DNA of 64,000 nt from assembly GCA_041651035.1 (NCBI GenBank), contig JBAZKC010000001.1, forward strand, positions 323,244 to 387,243, read 5' to 3'. A model generated the notes under the pieces. That model had not been told where the DNA came from and did not search any database. It saw only the letters and a program-made list of their open reading frames with translations. Below, piece by piece: positions 28,254-37,619 of this stretch. Position numbers and translations under genes: made by a program. The first letter of the stretch is position 1, and every line of letters begins with the position of its first letter. This DNA comes from Candidatus Omnitrophota bacterium (GTDB lineage Bacteria > Omnitrophota > Gorgyraeia > Gygaellales > Profunditerraquicolaceae).

Positions 28254-30653
28254 TTATATTACCAGGTTGACTAACTTATTAGGAACAACGATACAATTCT
28301 TGATAGGCTTATTTTGCAGCCAGGGTTTTAATTTCTCATCGGCGAGAACAAGCTTCTTGATCTCGCTTTCTGAGATACCGGCGGGAACATCTATTTTTGA
28401 CCGCACCTTGCCGTTAACCTGCACGACGATAGTGACGTTTTCCTCGACTAACAGCGCGGGGTCATATTTCGGCCAGGATGCCTTAAGGATACTCTCTTTG
28501 TTCCCCAAAGACTGCCAGAGCTCTTCACAAAAATGCGGGGCAATGGGGCCAAGCATGATCAAAAGATTAGAAAAAACTTCTCTATCTGCCGCGGATTGAT
28601 ATATCGCATTGACAAATTCCATCATCGCGGCGATCGCGGTATTGAATTTAAAACTCTCCACATCTTCGGTAATACGTTTGATCAAACGATGCATAACTTT
28701 GATCAAATCCTGATCTGCTTTTTCTTTCAGGTTTTCCCTGATGCGCCAGACACGGTTTAAAAATTTATGCGCCCCCTCAATGCCGCGGTCATCCCACTCC
28801 AGCTCTGTTTCCGGCGGAGCGGCAAAGAGTATAAACAACCTCAAGGTATCCGCGCCGTATCTCTGGATAATGGAATCAGGGTCAACGATGTTGCCGCGGG
28901 ACTTAGACATCACCTCACCGTCTTTTAAAACCATCCCCTGCGTAAGCAGCCTGGTAAACGGCTCGTTGAAATCCACATAACCTAGATCCTGGAAAAACTT
29001 AGTGAAGAAACGCGAATACAAAAGATGCAGGACAGCATGTTCGATCCCGCCGATGTATTGATCAACCGGCATCCAGTATTTGACTTCCTGCCGATCAAAA
29101 GGCCCTTGGTCAAAATTGGGCGAACAAAATCTTAAAAAATACCATGAGGAATCAAAAAATGTAGCCATAGTGTCAGTTTCCCGGCGGGCAGAGCCATGGC
29201 ATTTAGGACAAGAGCACTCTACGAATTCCTTTACTTTGCCCAATGGGCTTCCGCCTTCTCCGGTAAACGGCGCGTCAGCGGGAAGTTTAACCGGCAGGGC
29301 ATCGTAAGGCACGGGGACGGTGCCGCATTTCTTGCAATAGATCATCGGGATGGGCGTGCCCCAGTAACGCTGGCGGGAGATCAACCAATCCCGCAGCCGC
29401 CAATGCGTCTGGATCTTACCGATCCCTTCTTTCTCCATCCACTCGGCGATCTTTATTTTAGCTTCCTGATTAGGAAGGCCGTTGAATTGCCCGGAATTAA
29501 CCTGCGTCCCATCGCCTTCATAGGCTTGGCTTGTTTCATTTGGATTTTGAGCCTTGAATTCTGGATCTTTAATTACAATCCTCATCAATAAATTATGCTC
29601 TTTAGCGAATAAAAAATCCCTCTGGTCATGCGTGGGTACTGCCATGATCGCGCCTGTGCCGTATTCCATAAGCACATAATCAGCTATCCAGACCGGGACT
29701 TCTTCGTTATTAACAGGATTTACCGCGTAAGCTCCCGTAAAAACACCTTCCTTTTTCACATCCGACGCCTGGCGCACAACCTTGCTCTCTTGAGAAACTT
29801 TATCTATAAAATCCAACACGCTTTTTTCCTGCGGTTTACCTTTTACGATCTTCTTCACCAGCGGATGTTCCGGAGCTAAAACAATGTAGGTGGCGCCGAA
29901 GATAGTGTCTACCCGCGTCGTAAAAACCGGTATCGTTTTATCAGCTTCCTTTAATTTAAAATAAATCTCCACGCCCTGGCTCCTGCCTATCCAGTTACTC
30001 TGCATGGAAAAGACCCTATCCGGCCAGTCCTTAAGCTGCGCTAGATCCTCTAACAGCTTCTCTTTGTAGTCTGTAATTTTTAAATACCATTGCTCCAGGT
30101 CTTTCTGTTCTACTTTTGTATGACATCTCCAGCACCCGCCTTCAATCACCTCTTCGTTGGCCAGGGTGGTGGCACAGGAAGGACACCAGTTTACTGCCGA
30201 GGCTCTCTTGTAAGCAAGCCCCTTTTCAAACATCTTCAGGAATATCCATTGGTTCCATTTATAGTAACTGCTGTCGCAGGTAGAGATCTCTCTATCCCAA
30301 TCGTAAGAAAACCCCATCTTCTTTAACTCAACTTTCATCCATTCAATGCACTTGCGCGTCCAGGCATCGGGCCTGGTTTTATTTTTTATAGCCGCGTTCT
30401 CTGCCGGCTGGCCGAAAGCGTCGAAACCCATGGGGTGTAAGACATTAAATCCCTGCATTATTTTATACCTGGCTGCCACATCGGCAATGGTATAATTACG
30501 GACATGCCCCATATGGATCTTCCCGGAAGGATAAGGGAACATCTCCAAGAGGTAATACTTCTTCCTTCCGCTAGAGGAATTGACAGAAAATATCTTCTGT
30601 CTTTCCCACTCCTTCTGCCATTTTTCTTCGATTTCTTTAAAAGTATAGAACAT
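28254..30653 (-). CDS. leuS: Leucyl-tRNA synthetase
   Basis: HIGH (HMGHVRNYTIADV), KMSKS (VMSKSRGN), CP1 editing domain and zinc Cys clusters. 799 aa. Confidence 0.95.
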   Translation of the reverse strand: MFYTFKEIEEKWQKEWERQKIFSVNSSSGRKKYYLLEMFPYPSGKIHMGHVRNYTIADVAARYKIMQGFNVLHPMGFDAFGQPAENAAIKNKTRPDAWTRKCIEWMKVELKKMGFSYDWDREISTCDSSYYKWNQWIFLKMFEKGLAYKRASAVNWCPSCATTLANEEVIEGGCWRCHTKVEQKDLEQWYLKITDYKEKLLEDLAQLKDWPDRVFSMQSNWIGRSQGVEIYFKLKEADKTIPVFTTRVDTIFGATYIVLAPEHPLVKKIVKGKPQEKSVLDFIDKVSQESKVVRQASDVKKEGVFTGAYAVNPVNNEEVPVWIADYVLMEYGTGAIMAVPTHDQRDFLFAKEHNLLMRIVIKDPEFKAQNPNETSQAYEGDGTQVNSGQFNGLPNQEAKIKIAEWMEKEGIGKIQTHWRLRDWLISRQRYWGTPIPMIYCKKCGTVPVPYDALPVKLPADAPFTGEGGSPLGKVKEFVECSCPKCHGSARRETDTMATFFDSSWYFLRFCSPNFDQGPFDRQEVKYWMPVDQYIGGIEHAVLHLLYSRFFTKFFQDLGYVDFNEPFTRLLTQGMVLKDGEVMSKSRGNIVDPDSIIQRYGADTLRLFILFAAPPETELEWDDRGIEGAHKFLNRVWRIRENLKEKADQDLIKVMHRLIKRITEDVESFKFNTAIAAMMEFVNAIYQSAADREVFSNLLIMLGPIAPHFCEELWQSLGNKESILKASWPKYDPALLVEENVTIVVQVNGKVRSKIDVPAGISESEIKKLVLADEKLKPWLQNKPIKNCIVVPNKLVNLVI

Positions 30654-30770
30654 AGTTATTAATTATAGAGCGGGCCTCTTATATACTTGGCCCATCAGAT
30701 TAGTTAAGCTAGAAATAACTAAATCATATATTATCATGATTTCTAACGGGGTCAAGGTCATAGTTGCTAT

Positions 30771-30805
30771 AAAAACAAAGGACGGATCGCAATCCGTCCT
30801 TTTTA
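30771..30805. terminator. Bidirectional intrinsic terminator (GGACGGAT-cgca-ATCCGTCC flanked by an A-run and a T-run)
   Basis: 8-bp GC-rich stem at 30780-30799 with TTTTT downstream on the plus strand and TTTGTTTT downstream on the minus strand. Immediately 3' of tRNA-Ala on the minus strand. Confidence 0.65.
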
Positions 30806-30806
30806 T

Positions 30807-30882
30807 TGGTGGAGCTGGAGGGAGTTGAACCCTCGACCCCTTGCATGCCATGCAAGTGCTCTCCCAACTGAGCTACAGCCCC
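30807..30882 (-). tRNA. tRNA-Ala (anticodon GGC)
   Basis: Manual fold: acceptor GGGGCUG/CAGCUCC carrying the G3:U70 Ala identity pair. D arm GCUCAGUUGGGAGAGC. Anticodon stem CUUGC/GCAAG with loop AUGGCAU. T arm GAGGG-UUCAACU-CCCUC. CCA is encoded. 76 nt. Confidence 0.85.
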
Positions 30883-30946
30883 GTTTAATTAGTTGTTGAT
30901 TTTTAGTATTTTAGAATATAAAATGGTCAGCGTCAACTTAAATATT

Positions 30947-31032
30947 GCCGGAGTGGCGGAATGGCAGACGCGGCAGCCTCAAAAGCTGTTGAGGGCAACC
31001 TCATGGGGGTTCAAGTCCCTTCTCCGGCACCA
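30947..31032 (+). tRNA. tRNA-Leu (anticodon CAA), class II with a long variable arm
   Basis: Acceptor GCCGGAG/CUCCGGC. Anticodon stem GCAGC/GCUGU with loop CUCAAAA (U33, CAA, A37). Variable arm UGAGG-gcaa-CCUCA. T loop UUCAAGU. CCA is encoded. 86 nt. Confidence 0.8.
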
Positions 31033-31673
31033 TGTTTTTTTCTTAAGGCGGTGTTTTGTTCAAGGTAAGGCATTATCGCCTCATAGATACGCTGGGCAAC
31101 TATCTTATAACCTTCCGTGTTAGGATGCAGGAAATCGCTCTTCATGGAAGGGTTAGTGATCAGCCCGCTTAGTATGGCGGGGATAAATATAGCTCCATTC
31201 TCCCGGGCGATATTTCTAAACAGCGGCCGGTATTCCTTTAAGAACAAGCCCGCGCTTATATCTACAATAGCTACCATAGCACCCCTTGCCTGAAACTGCC
31301 TGACCATTTCTCTTATATTATTAGCGGTATCCTGCTTAGGGATCTTTCCTAAAAAGTCATTTCCGCAAAACTCAATAATCACAAGATATGGATCTTTATC
31401 CAATACATCCGGATTAATACGCTTTAGGCCATCAAAAGTGGTGTCCGCGCTGACGCCTGAGTTTATTACCGGCACATCAGTCAATTTGGCTAATAGTGAC
31501 GGATAGTCTTCGCCTGGGCTTACTCCATAGCCAAAAGTAAGGCTGTCGCCAAAACAGATAATATTTACCCCTTTTGAATCTATGTTCTTTACCTCTTTTT
31601 TTACGCAGCCCGCCAACATAAAAGCGCAAAAAATAAAGACGCTACCCAGTAGCAAAAATTTATTTTTTCCCAT
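31011..31673 (-). CDS. SGNH/GDSL-family lipase/esterase lipoprotein
   Basis: Lipobox LAGC, GDSLT motif (block I) and a DxxH-like C-terminal block (DFLHPN). 220 aa. The 3' end overlaps the tRNA-Leu 3' end on the opposite strand by 22 nt. Confidence 0.6.
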   Translation of the reverse strand: MGKNKFLLLGSVFIFCAFMLAGCVKKEVKNIDSKGVNIICFGDSLTFGYGVSPGEDYPSLLAKLTDVPVINSGVSADTTFDGLKRINPDVLDKDPYLVIIEFCGNDFLGKIPKQDTANNIREMVRQFQARGAMVAIVDISAGLFLKEYRPLFRNIARENGAIFIPAILSGLITNPSMKSDFLHPNTEGYKIVAQRIYEAIMPYLEQNTALRKKHGAGEGT

Positions 31674-32688
31674 ATCTTAACCTAAGTTGTCCGCAGGCAG
31701 CCTCAATATCCCGGCCGCGCGGTTTCCTCAAAGTCACGTTTACGCCCTGTTTTAAAAGATAATCCCTGAATAATAAAATAGCTAATTTACTCGGCGGTTC
31801 CATCCCAAGCTCTTTTATAGGATTAGAAGGGATAAGGTTCACCTTACAATTTAAGCCATTTAATATATCGCTTAATCTTGCCGCGCTGCGCAGATCAGAA
31901 TTTATGCCATTAATTAAAATGTATTCAAAGGTGACCTGGCGGTTTGTCTTCTTAATGTATTCTGCGCAGGCCTTGATAAGCTCTTTAACGGGATATTTTT
32001 TATTTACGGGCATAATTTGCGACCTGGTTTGGTCATCCGCGGCATGTAAAGAAATGGATAGCTCCACTTGCAACCCTTCATCCGATAACCTTTTGATCCC
32101 CGGGATCAGGCCGCAGGTAGAAATAGTGATCCTCCTCGCCCCGATACGTAAGGCTTCGGGTGAATTTATAATACGGATGGCTTTAATGACATTCTCGCAA
32201 TTATCCAGGGGCTCGCCCATGCCCATAAACACCAGATGGGTGAGTTTGCCGCCCTGAGATCTATTTTTTAAATACAGGGCTTCCTCCACTATCTCGCCGC
32301 TGGCCAGATTCCTTTTAAAACCCGATACACCGCTGGCGCAGAATCCGCAATTGAATTTGCAGCCTACCTGTGTAGAGACGCACCCTGTAATCCTGTTTTC
32401 CGCCGGGATGAGGACCGTTTCAATAAGGCTTGCGTCCTTTAATTCAAGAAGGGATTTCTCCGTGCCATCAAGAGATTTATCCAGCTTGACCGGTTTTAAA
32501 CTTAATAAATAGAAATCTTCTTTTAATTGTTTTCTTAACCCGGAAGATAAATCGCTCATCATTTCAAAATCTGTGGCTGCTTTCTTATATATCCAGGAAA
32601 AAACCTGCTGGGCATGAAAAGCCTCCTGCCCGCGCTTACGCAGAAGTTCTTTCAGTTCTTCTAAAGTCAGATCACAGATATTTATCAT
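31660..32688 (-). CDS. rlmN: 23S rRNA (adenine2503-C2)-methyltransferase RlmN (radical SAM)
   Basis: CxxxCxxC as GCKFNCGFCASG plus RlmN/Cfr-type surrounding blocks (HLVFMGMGEPLDN, ISTCG). 342 aa. Confidence 0.8.
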   Translation of the reverse strand: MINICDLTLEELKELLRKRGQEAFHAQQVFSWIYKKAATDFEMMSDLSSGLRKQLKEDFYLLSLKPVKLDKSLDGTEKSLLELKDASLIETVLIPAENRITGCVSTQVGCKFNCGFCASGVSGFKRNLASGEIVEEALYLKNRSQGGKLTHLVFMGMGEPLDNCENVIKAIRIINSPEALRIGARRITISTCGLIPGIKRLSDEGLQVELSISLHAADDQTRSQIMPVNKKYPVKELIKACAEYIKKTNRQVTFEYILINGINSDLRSAARLSDILNGLNCKVNLIPSNPIKELGMEPPSKLAILLFRDYLLKQGVNVTLRKPRGRDIEAACGQLRLRYGKK

Positions 32689-32721
32689 TATTTGACGAGA
32701 TTGTTTTAACGGGAGAGCAGT

Positions 32722-34236
32722 TTATTCTTTATTCGCCTGCCTGAGTTTTTCTTTATCTACTTTCCCTGTCCTGTTCTTAGGCAGTTGGGGAATAAATTCA
32801 AAATAGTGGGGGATTTTAAAATGGGCCAAATGCTCGCGGCAGAAATAACGCAGGTCTTCTTCGCTTAAACCCCTGCCTTGCCTTAAAGCCACAAAAGCCT
32901 TAGGCACTTCTCCTCTTAATTTATCCGGCACGCCTATAACCGCAGCTTCCGCCACATCCGGATGTTTATGCAGGGCGGCTTCCACTTCCGGCTCAAAAAC
33001 AATTTCACCGCCCACCTTGATCATTTCTTTAATTCTCCCGACGATATACAAAAACCCCTCTTTATCAAATCTGCCTAAATCTCCGGTATGGAACCAACCG
33101 TTACGCAGGGCCTGGCGGGTTAAGGCTTCGTCTTTATAATAACCGTCTGTAACTACCCAGCTTTTTACCACTACCTCTCCGGAACTTCCCGCGGGAAGTT
33201 CTCTATCAGAATCATCAAATATTTTCACGTCAATCCAGGGCGCTGGCCTGCCCACGCTTTCTATTTTCTGCGAACCCATAGGAAGTACTACAGTCGGGGC
33301 ATTGGTTTCTGTCAGGCCCCAGCCGTTTAAAAGCTGCGCCTTGGGGCAATATTGATGGAAACGCCGCAGCGCGTCAGGCGAATTAGAAGCGCCAAAAGTA
33401 ACGATCCAGCGCAGGCTGGATAGATCAAAGGTTTCAAATTCTTTAAGCTGTAATAGCGCGTAATACATGGAAGGCACTATCCAAAAGGAATTTACTTTGT
33501 GTTGCTGGATATTCTTTAAGAATTCTAAAGGGATAAAACGCTCCATCAAAACCATAGTCAGGCCAAAAGAAAGCATATTCTGGATATAGATCAAACCACC
33601 CAGGTGGGAAAACGGTAAAGCGCAGAGTACTGTATCTTTATGGGTTAAATCAGCGTTAACAAAAAACTCCATGGACTTAGGAGGAGCTCCCAGCTGCAGA
33701 TAATTTATCAGGACCCCTTTGGGTTTTCCAGTAGTGCCTGAAGTATAGAAAATTATCGCGTAGTCCTTATCCGCTACCGTGACAGCTGGCGCTTTATCGC
33801 TTGAGGAAGCAAGCAATTCTTCCAGATTCAAGACCCCATCAACTTTTTCCTGAACAGTAATGATGTCTTTTAACAAAGGTGCCGCTTTTTTCAGATTATC
33901 CAGGGAAATAGTGGCTTTCTGCTTAGCGATCAAAACCCTGGCTTCAGAGTGGGCTATGCAGGAGGCCAGTTCATCGTCGGTAAGCATAAAATCCAACGGC
34001 ACGCAGACAGCACCTATTGACCAGCAGCCCAGATAACTATAAATATATTCCGGCCAACTGGGCAGATATATCGCTACCTTATCGCCCTTCTTTATCCCCA
34101 GCTTAACCAAGGCATTACCCAGGCGGAAACTCGCTTCTTTTAATTGGGTAAAATTGATATCCTGGCTGCGGAAAATTATTGCCGGCTTAGCTGGATATTT
34201 TTTTGCCTTTTCTTCTAATAATGCCCTGACATCCAT
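32722..34236 (-). CDS. AMP-dependent acyl-CoA synthetase/ligase (ANL superfamily)
   Basis: AMP-binding motif YTSGTTGKPKGV, plus TGD and the C-terminal K of the ANL fold. 504 aa. Confidence 0.75.
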   Translation of the reverse strand: MDVRALLEEKAKKYPAKPAIIFRSQDINFTQLKEASFRLGNALVKLGIKKGDKVAIYLPSWPEYIYSYLGCWSIGAVCVPLDFMLTDDELASCIAHSEARVLIAKQKATISLDNLKKAAPLLKDIITVQEKVDGVLNLEELLASSSDKAPAVTVADKDYAIIFYTSGTTGKPKGVLINYLQLGAPPKSMEFFVNADLTHKDTVLCALPFSHLGGLIYIQNMLSFGLTMVLMERFIPLEFLKNIQQHKVNSFWIVPSMYYALLQLKEFETFDLSSLRWIVTFGASNSPDALRRFHQYCPKAQLLNGWGLTETNAPTVVLPMGSQKIESVGRPAPWIDVKIFDDSDRELPAGSSGEVVVKSWVVTDGYYKDEALTRQALRNGWFHTGDLGRFDKEGFLYIVGRIKEMIKVGGEIVFEPEVEAALHKHPDVAEAAVIGVPDKLRGEVPKAFVALRQGRGLSEEDLRYFCREHLAHFKIPHYFEFIPQLPKNRTGKVDKEKLRQANKE

Positions 34237-34258
34237 AACCTGATCGTCCTCTTTAGCC

Positions 34259-35701
34259 CTAAAACCCGTACCAGTAATTTACCAACGGCTTTCCATCCTT
34301 AGTTTTATCAACCAGTATATTTTTCAGGCGTGTATATTCCAAGAATCCTTCTTTGCCTAATTCTTTGCCAAAGCCGCTTTGTTTAAATCCACCGAAGGGC
34401 GTTTCATTATAAAACATGCCGTAGGTATTGATCCAGACTGTTCCGGCATCCAGTTTCCTGGCGATCTCTTCTGCTTTTAAATTATCTTTAGTCCAAATAC
34501 TGGCGGCCAGGCCGTATTTGGAATTATTAGCCAGCTTTATCGCTTCATCAATATTGGAAAATTTGCTGACGCAGGCTACCGGGCCGAAAACTTCCTCCTG
34601 GGATATCTCCGCCTGCGGCGCGGCATCCACTACGACTGTAGGCTCAAAGAAAAACCCGTTTTTTAACTGCGGGCTGCCGGGAATTTCTCCTCCGCCAATA
34701 ATTTTCGCGCCCTGCTTTTTCGCCCTTTCTAAAAAGTTGATCACGCGCTTACGCTGCGCGTCGGAAATCAAAGGCCCCATCTGGGTTTGGAAGTCGCTTC
34801 CCGGGCCTAATTTAATGCGCTTGGCTTTCGCTGTAAAACCTGCTATAAATTGTTCGTAGATCTTATCTTCTACTAATAAGCGCGACATCGCGGTGCACAT
34901 CTGGCCCTGGTTTAAAAATATGGAGCATAGAGCGCTGTTTATTGCCACATCAATATCAGCATCGGATAAAATAATAGCCGCTGATTTTCCGCCCAGTTCC
35001 ATATTCAGTTTCTTGACATTTTCCGCGGCATAGGCAGTGATTTTCCTGCCGACTTCATTGCTGCCGGTAAAAGACACCATATTTACGCGCGCGTCCGAAC
35101 AAAGGGCTTTACCGATCTTCTCTCCGCTGCCGTATATGATATTTACAACGCCCGCGGGAATTCCGGCAGCCTGGATAATTTTCCCTAATTCCAACGCGGT
35201 AAGCGGGGTTAAGCTGGATGGTTTTAAGATCACGGTATTGCCCGCGGCTAAAGCTGAAGCCATTTTCCAGGAGGCGATCAGAAGAGGATAATTCCAAGGC
35301 ACGATCAAAACTATCACGCCTACGGGCTCGCGGATCAATTTACATTCTGCTTCCGCTTCTAAAACAGGAACTTTTTCTTCTAAATATTTCTCAAAATTAT
35401 TAGCCAGGTATTCAAATGCCTTGGCACTGGAAGGGATATCCATAAAGGTGGATTCTTTGATAGGCTTGCCGGTATTCATTGTTTCTAAGTCCGCCAGCTC
35501 CCCCGCTTTTTCTAAAATGCCCTGCGATATTTTTAAAAGGTAGTTTTTCCGCTCAAGAAGGGATGATCTTGGCCAGGGCCCGTGGTCAAAAGCAGCGCGC
35601 GCGGAACACAGGGCGTTTTCTATATCCTGCGCCGAAGCTATAGGAACCTCAGCAATTACTTTTCCGGTAGAGGGATTAATTATTTTTTGTTTCTCGCTCA
35701 C
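34259..35701 (-). CDS. NAD(P)-dependent aldehyde dehydrogenase
   Basis: ALDH Glu motif (ELGGKSAAII) and the catalytic Cys region (NQGQMCTAMSRLLV). 480 aa. Confidence 0.8.
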   Translation of the reverse strand: MSEKQKIINPSTGKVIAEVPIASAQDIENALCSARAAFDHGPWPRSSLLERKNYLLKISQGILEKAGELADLETMNTGKPIKESTFMDIPSSAKAFEYLANNFEKYLEEKVPVLEAEAECKLIREPVGVIVLIVPWNYPLLIASWKMASALAAGNTVILKPSSLTPLTALELGKIIQAAGIPAGVVNIIYGSGEKIGKALCSDARVNMVSFTGSNEVGRKITAYAAENVKKLNMELGGKSAAIILSDADIDVAINSALCSIFLNQGQMCTAMSRLLVEDKIYEQFIAGFTAKAKRIKLGPGSDFQTQMGPLISDAQRKRVINFLERAKKQGAKIIGGGEIPGSPQLKNGFFFEPTVVVDAAPQAEISQEEVFGPVACVSKFSNIDEAIKLANNSKYGLAASIWTKDNLKAEEIARKLDAGTVWINTYGMFYNETPFGGFKQSGFGKELGKEGFLEYTRLKNILVDKTKDGKPLVNYWYGF

Positions 35702-36684
35702 TTGAATTTTACCTCTTTAAAGTGCTGGAAAAGCCGCGTAAACGGCACATACCACTTGGAAAGCTGCCCTAATTGCCCCGCAAGCTTCATCTTACCCTGG
35801 GTTACCGCGACAAAAGAATCAAGTTTCCCCAAGAAAACCTGTTCCCATATCTCTCGGGAGGCAGAAATCACAAACGGCGCGTCAGCATCATCATCCAGCC
35901 GGATAATTTTCCCTTTTTCAAAATTAAATTTAAAAGCCTTGCCAGCCCCGTCTAATTTTATTGCCAACTGCACGGTTAAATCCAGTTCTTTTCCTTTTTG
36001 AGCGATAAAATCATCTTTATTTACCCCATCCACTATAGCCTGGATATGCCCGCGGGAAAACATTTCATACGCTGGATCGTCTTTTTTTAAGGTTTGCTTT
36101 AGCTCTACATCCAGGTCATCAAGTATTGCTTTGTCGAAAAGCCGTGCTAAGGCTGCTGTGCGCACTGCCTCTTCCAATGCCTCAATTAAACTTAAAGCAT
36201 CTTCAAATTTATCCCCTACCGCGACTACGCCGTGGTTTTTTAAAACTACCAGGTTATTTGACTTTAACGCGCTGATTACTTCCTGCGGCCTGGTTACTGT
36301 GGGCGTATCCTGCTCTACTACCGGTATCTCTCCCAGATAAAATTTGGTTTCAAAAGTCAGTGCCTTGATCTTCTGATAAACCGCAAAATATCCGTTAATT
36401 AAAGGCGGGTGCGCGTGCACTACCACCTTTGCCGGAAAGTTTTTATAGACCAAAGAATGCAGCGGTAGTTCGGAACTGGGTTTTTTACTTTCGGCGCATT
36501 TCCCGTCCGCTAAACTAACCTTTACTATATCATCCTCTTTCAGATCTCCTAAAAAAGTGCCCGTAGCTGTAATTAAAATGCCCGCTTCATCCGGCCGGGA
36601 ACTGATATTGCCGGACTTAGCAACCGTTAAACCGTTTTGATAAAGACGCCTGCCTACTTTAATAATATCTTCTTTTTGGCTCAT
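35698..36684 (-). CDS. Class II aldolase/adducin-domain protein (MtnB / methylthioribulose-1-P aldolase-like) fused to a C-terminal SCP2 sterol-carrier-like domain
   Basis: N-terminus (GLTVAKSGNISSR...VVHAHPPLING) is class II aldolase / L-fuculose-P aldolase-like. The C-terminal ~120 aa (…AFKFNFEKGKI…AVTQGKMKLAGQLGQLSKW) matches the SCP2 pattern. Confidence 0.55.
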   Translation of the reverse strand: MSQKEDIIKVGRRLYQNGLTVAKSGNISSRPDEAGILITATGTFLGDLKEDDIVKVSLADGKCAESKKPSSELPLHSLVYKNFPAKVVVHAHPPLINGYFAVYQKIKALTFETKFYLGEIPVVEQDTPTVTRPQEVISALKSNNLVVLKNHGVVAVGDKFEDALSLIEALEEAVRTAALARLFDKAILDDLDVELKQTLKKDDPAYEMFSRGHIQAIVDGVNKDDFIAQKGKELDLTVQLAIKLDGAGKAFKFNFEKGKIIRLDDDADAPFVISASREIWEQVFLGKLDSFVAVTQGKMKLAGQLGQLSKWYVPFTRLFQHFKEVKFK

Positions 36685-37619
36685 TTTAGATTTAAATAGA
36701 TATGCTTGGTTATCAGGTTATTCGGGGTTATATCAAACGCCGGATAATATGCTTTTACTCCTTTAGGCGCGATGCAGGTGCCGCAGAATTGAAGCAGTTC
36801 GCTGTCCGGCCGCACTTCAATCTTGATATCCTCTCCGGTAGCCGCGTTTGAAGCCGGCGGGCAAATAACGTAAAATGGGATCTTAAAATAGTTTGCCAGA
36901 ATAGCGATCTGGTAAGTGCCGACCTTGTTGGCAATGTCACCGTTCTGCGCCAGATTATCCGAGCCGACTATCACTTTACTAACCCTGCCTTCTTTCATTA
37001 CCTGCGCTGCCATATTATCAGTGATAAGCGTAACTTCAAAACCCGCTTCTTTTAATTCCCAGGCGGTTAAACGGCTGCCTTGCAGATACGGCCGCGTTTC
37101 TGTGGCAATAAAACTGACGGTTTTCCCCTGTTTGCGGCAAATTCCTCCGATCAAAGGCAATAGCCCGCTGATATTACAGTGAGTCAGTATAACATCTTTG
37201 TCGCTTAGTAATTGCGCGCATTCTTCTGCCTGCGCGATGCGCTTAAATTTCAAGCCCTCTAAGAATCCTATGATACCTTTATCCAAAGGAATACCTTGTT
37301 TGTGTAAACCCAGCACTATATCAGTAAGGAATTTAAATGACAGCGTGGGCCGCGCTGTATTAAAGGCATCGGCAACCACAGCCAGTATTTCCACGAGGTT
37401 CTTCTTGTTCTTATTCTGGTTAAATACAAGCAGGAAGGAATACATTACCAGCAAAACCTGGCCTACGGCGCGCGTCTTCATTTGCTTAATGGCCGCTACT
37501 GCCTGTTTATAATTCTTAGCTTTGATATATTTTACTTTATGCGGCAGGAGAGTTTCATCAAGGATGTAAATTGTATTCCCTTTTAATTCTATAGGCCAGA
37601 AAAGCGGTGAGAATCCCAT
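36681..37619 (-). CDS. eIF-2B alpha/beta/delta-family sugar-phosphate isomerase (methylthioribose-1-phosphate isomerase MtnA-like)
   Basis: 312 aa. N-terminal IYILDETLLPH and the e2b2 Rossmann-like core (AQNGDIANKVGTYQIAILA). Confidence 0.6.
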   Translation of the reverse strand: MGFSPLFWPIELKGNTIYILDETLLPHKVKYIKAKNYKQAVAAIKQMKTRAVGQVLLVMYSFLLVFNQNKNKKNLVEILAVVADAFNTARPTLSFKFLTDIVLGLHKQGIPLDKGIIGFLEGLKFKRIAQAEECAQLLSDKDVILTHCNISGLLPLIGGICRKQGKTVSFIATETRPYLQGSRLTAWELKEAGFEVTLITDNMAAQVMKEGRVSKVIVGSDNLAQNGDIANKVGTYQIAILANYFKIPFYVICPPASNAATGEDIKIEVRPDSELLQFCGTCIAPKGVKAYYPAFDITPNNLITKHIYLNLK

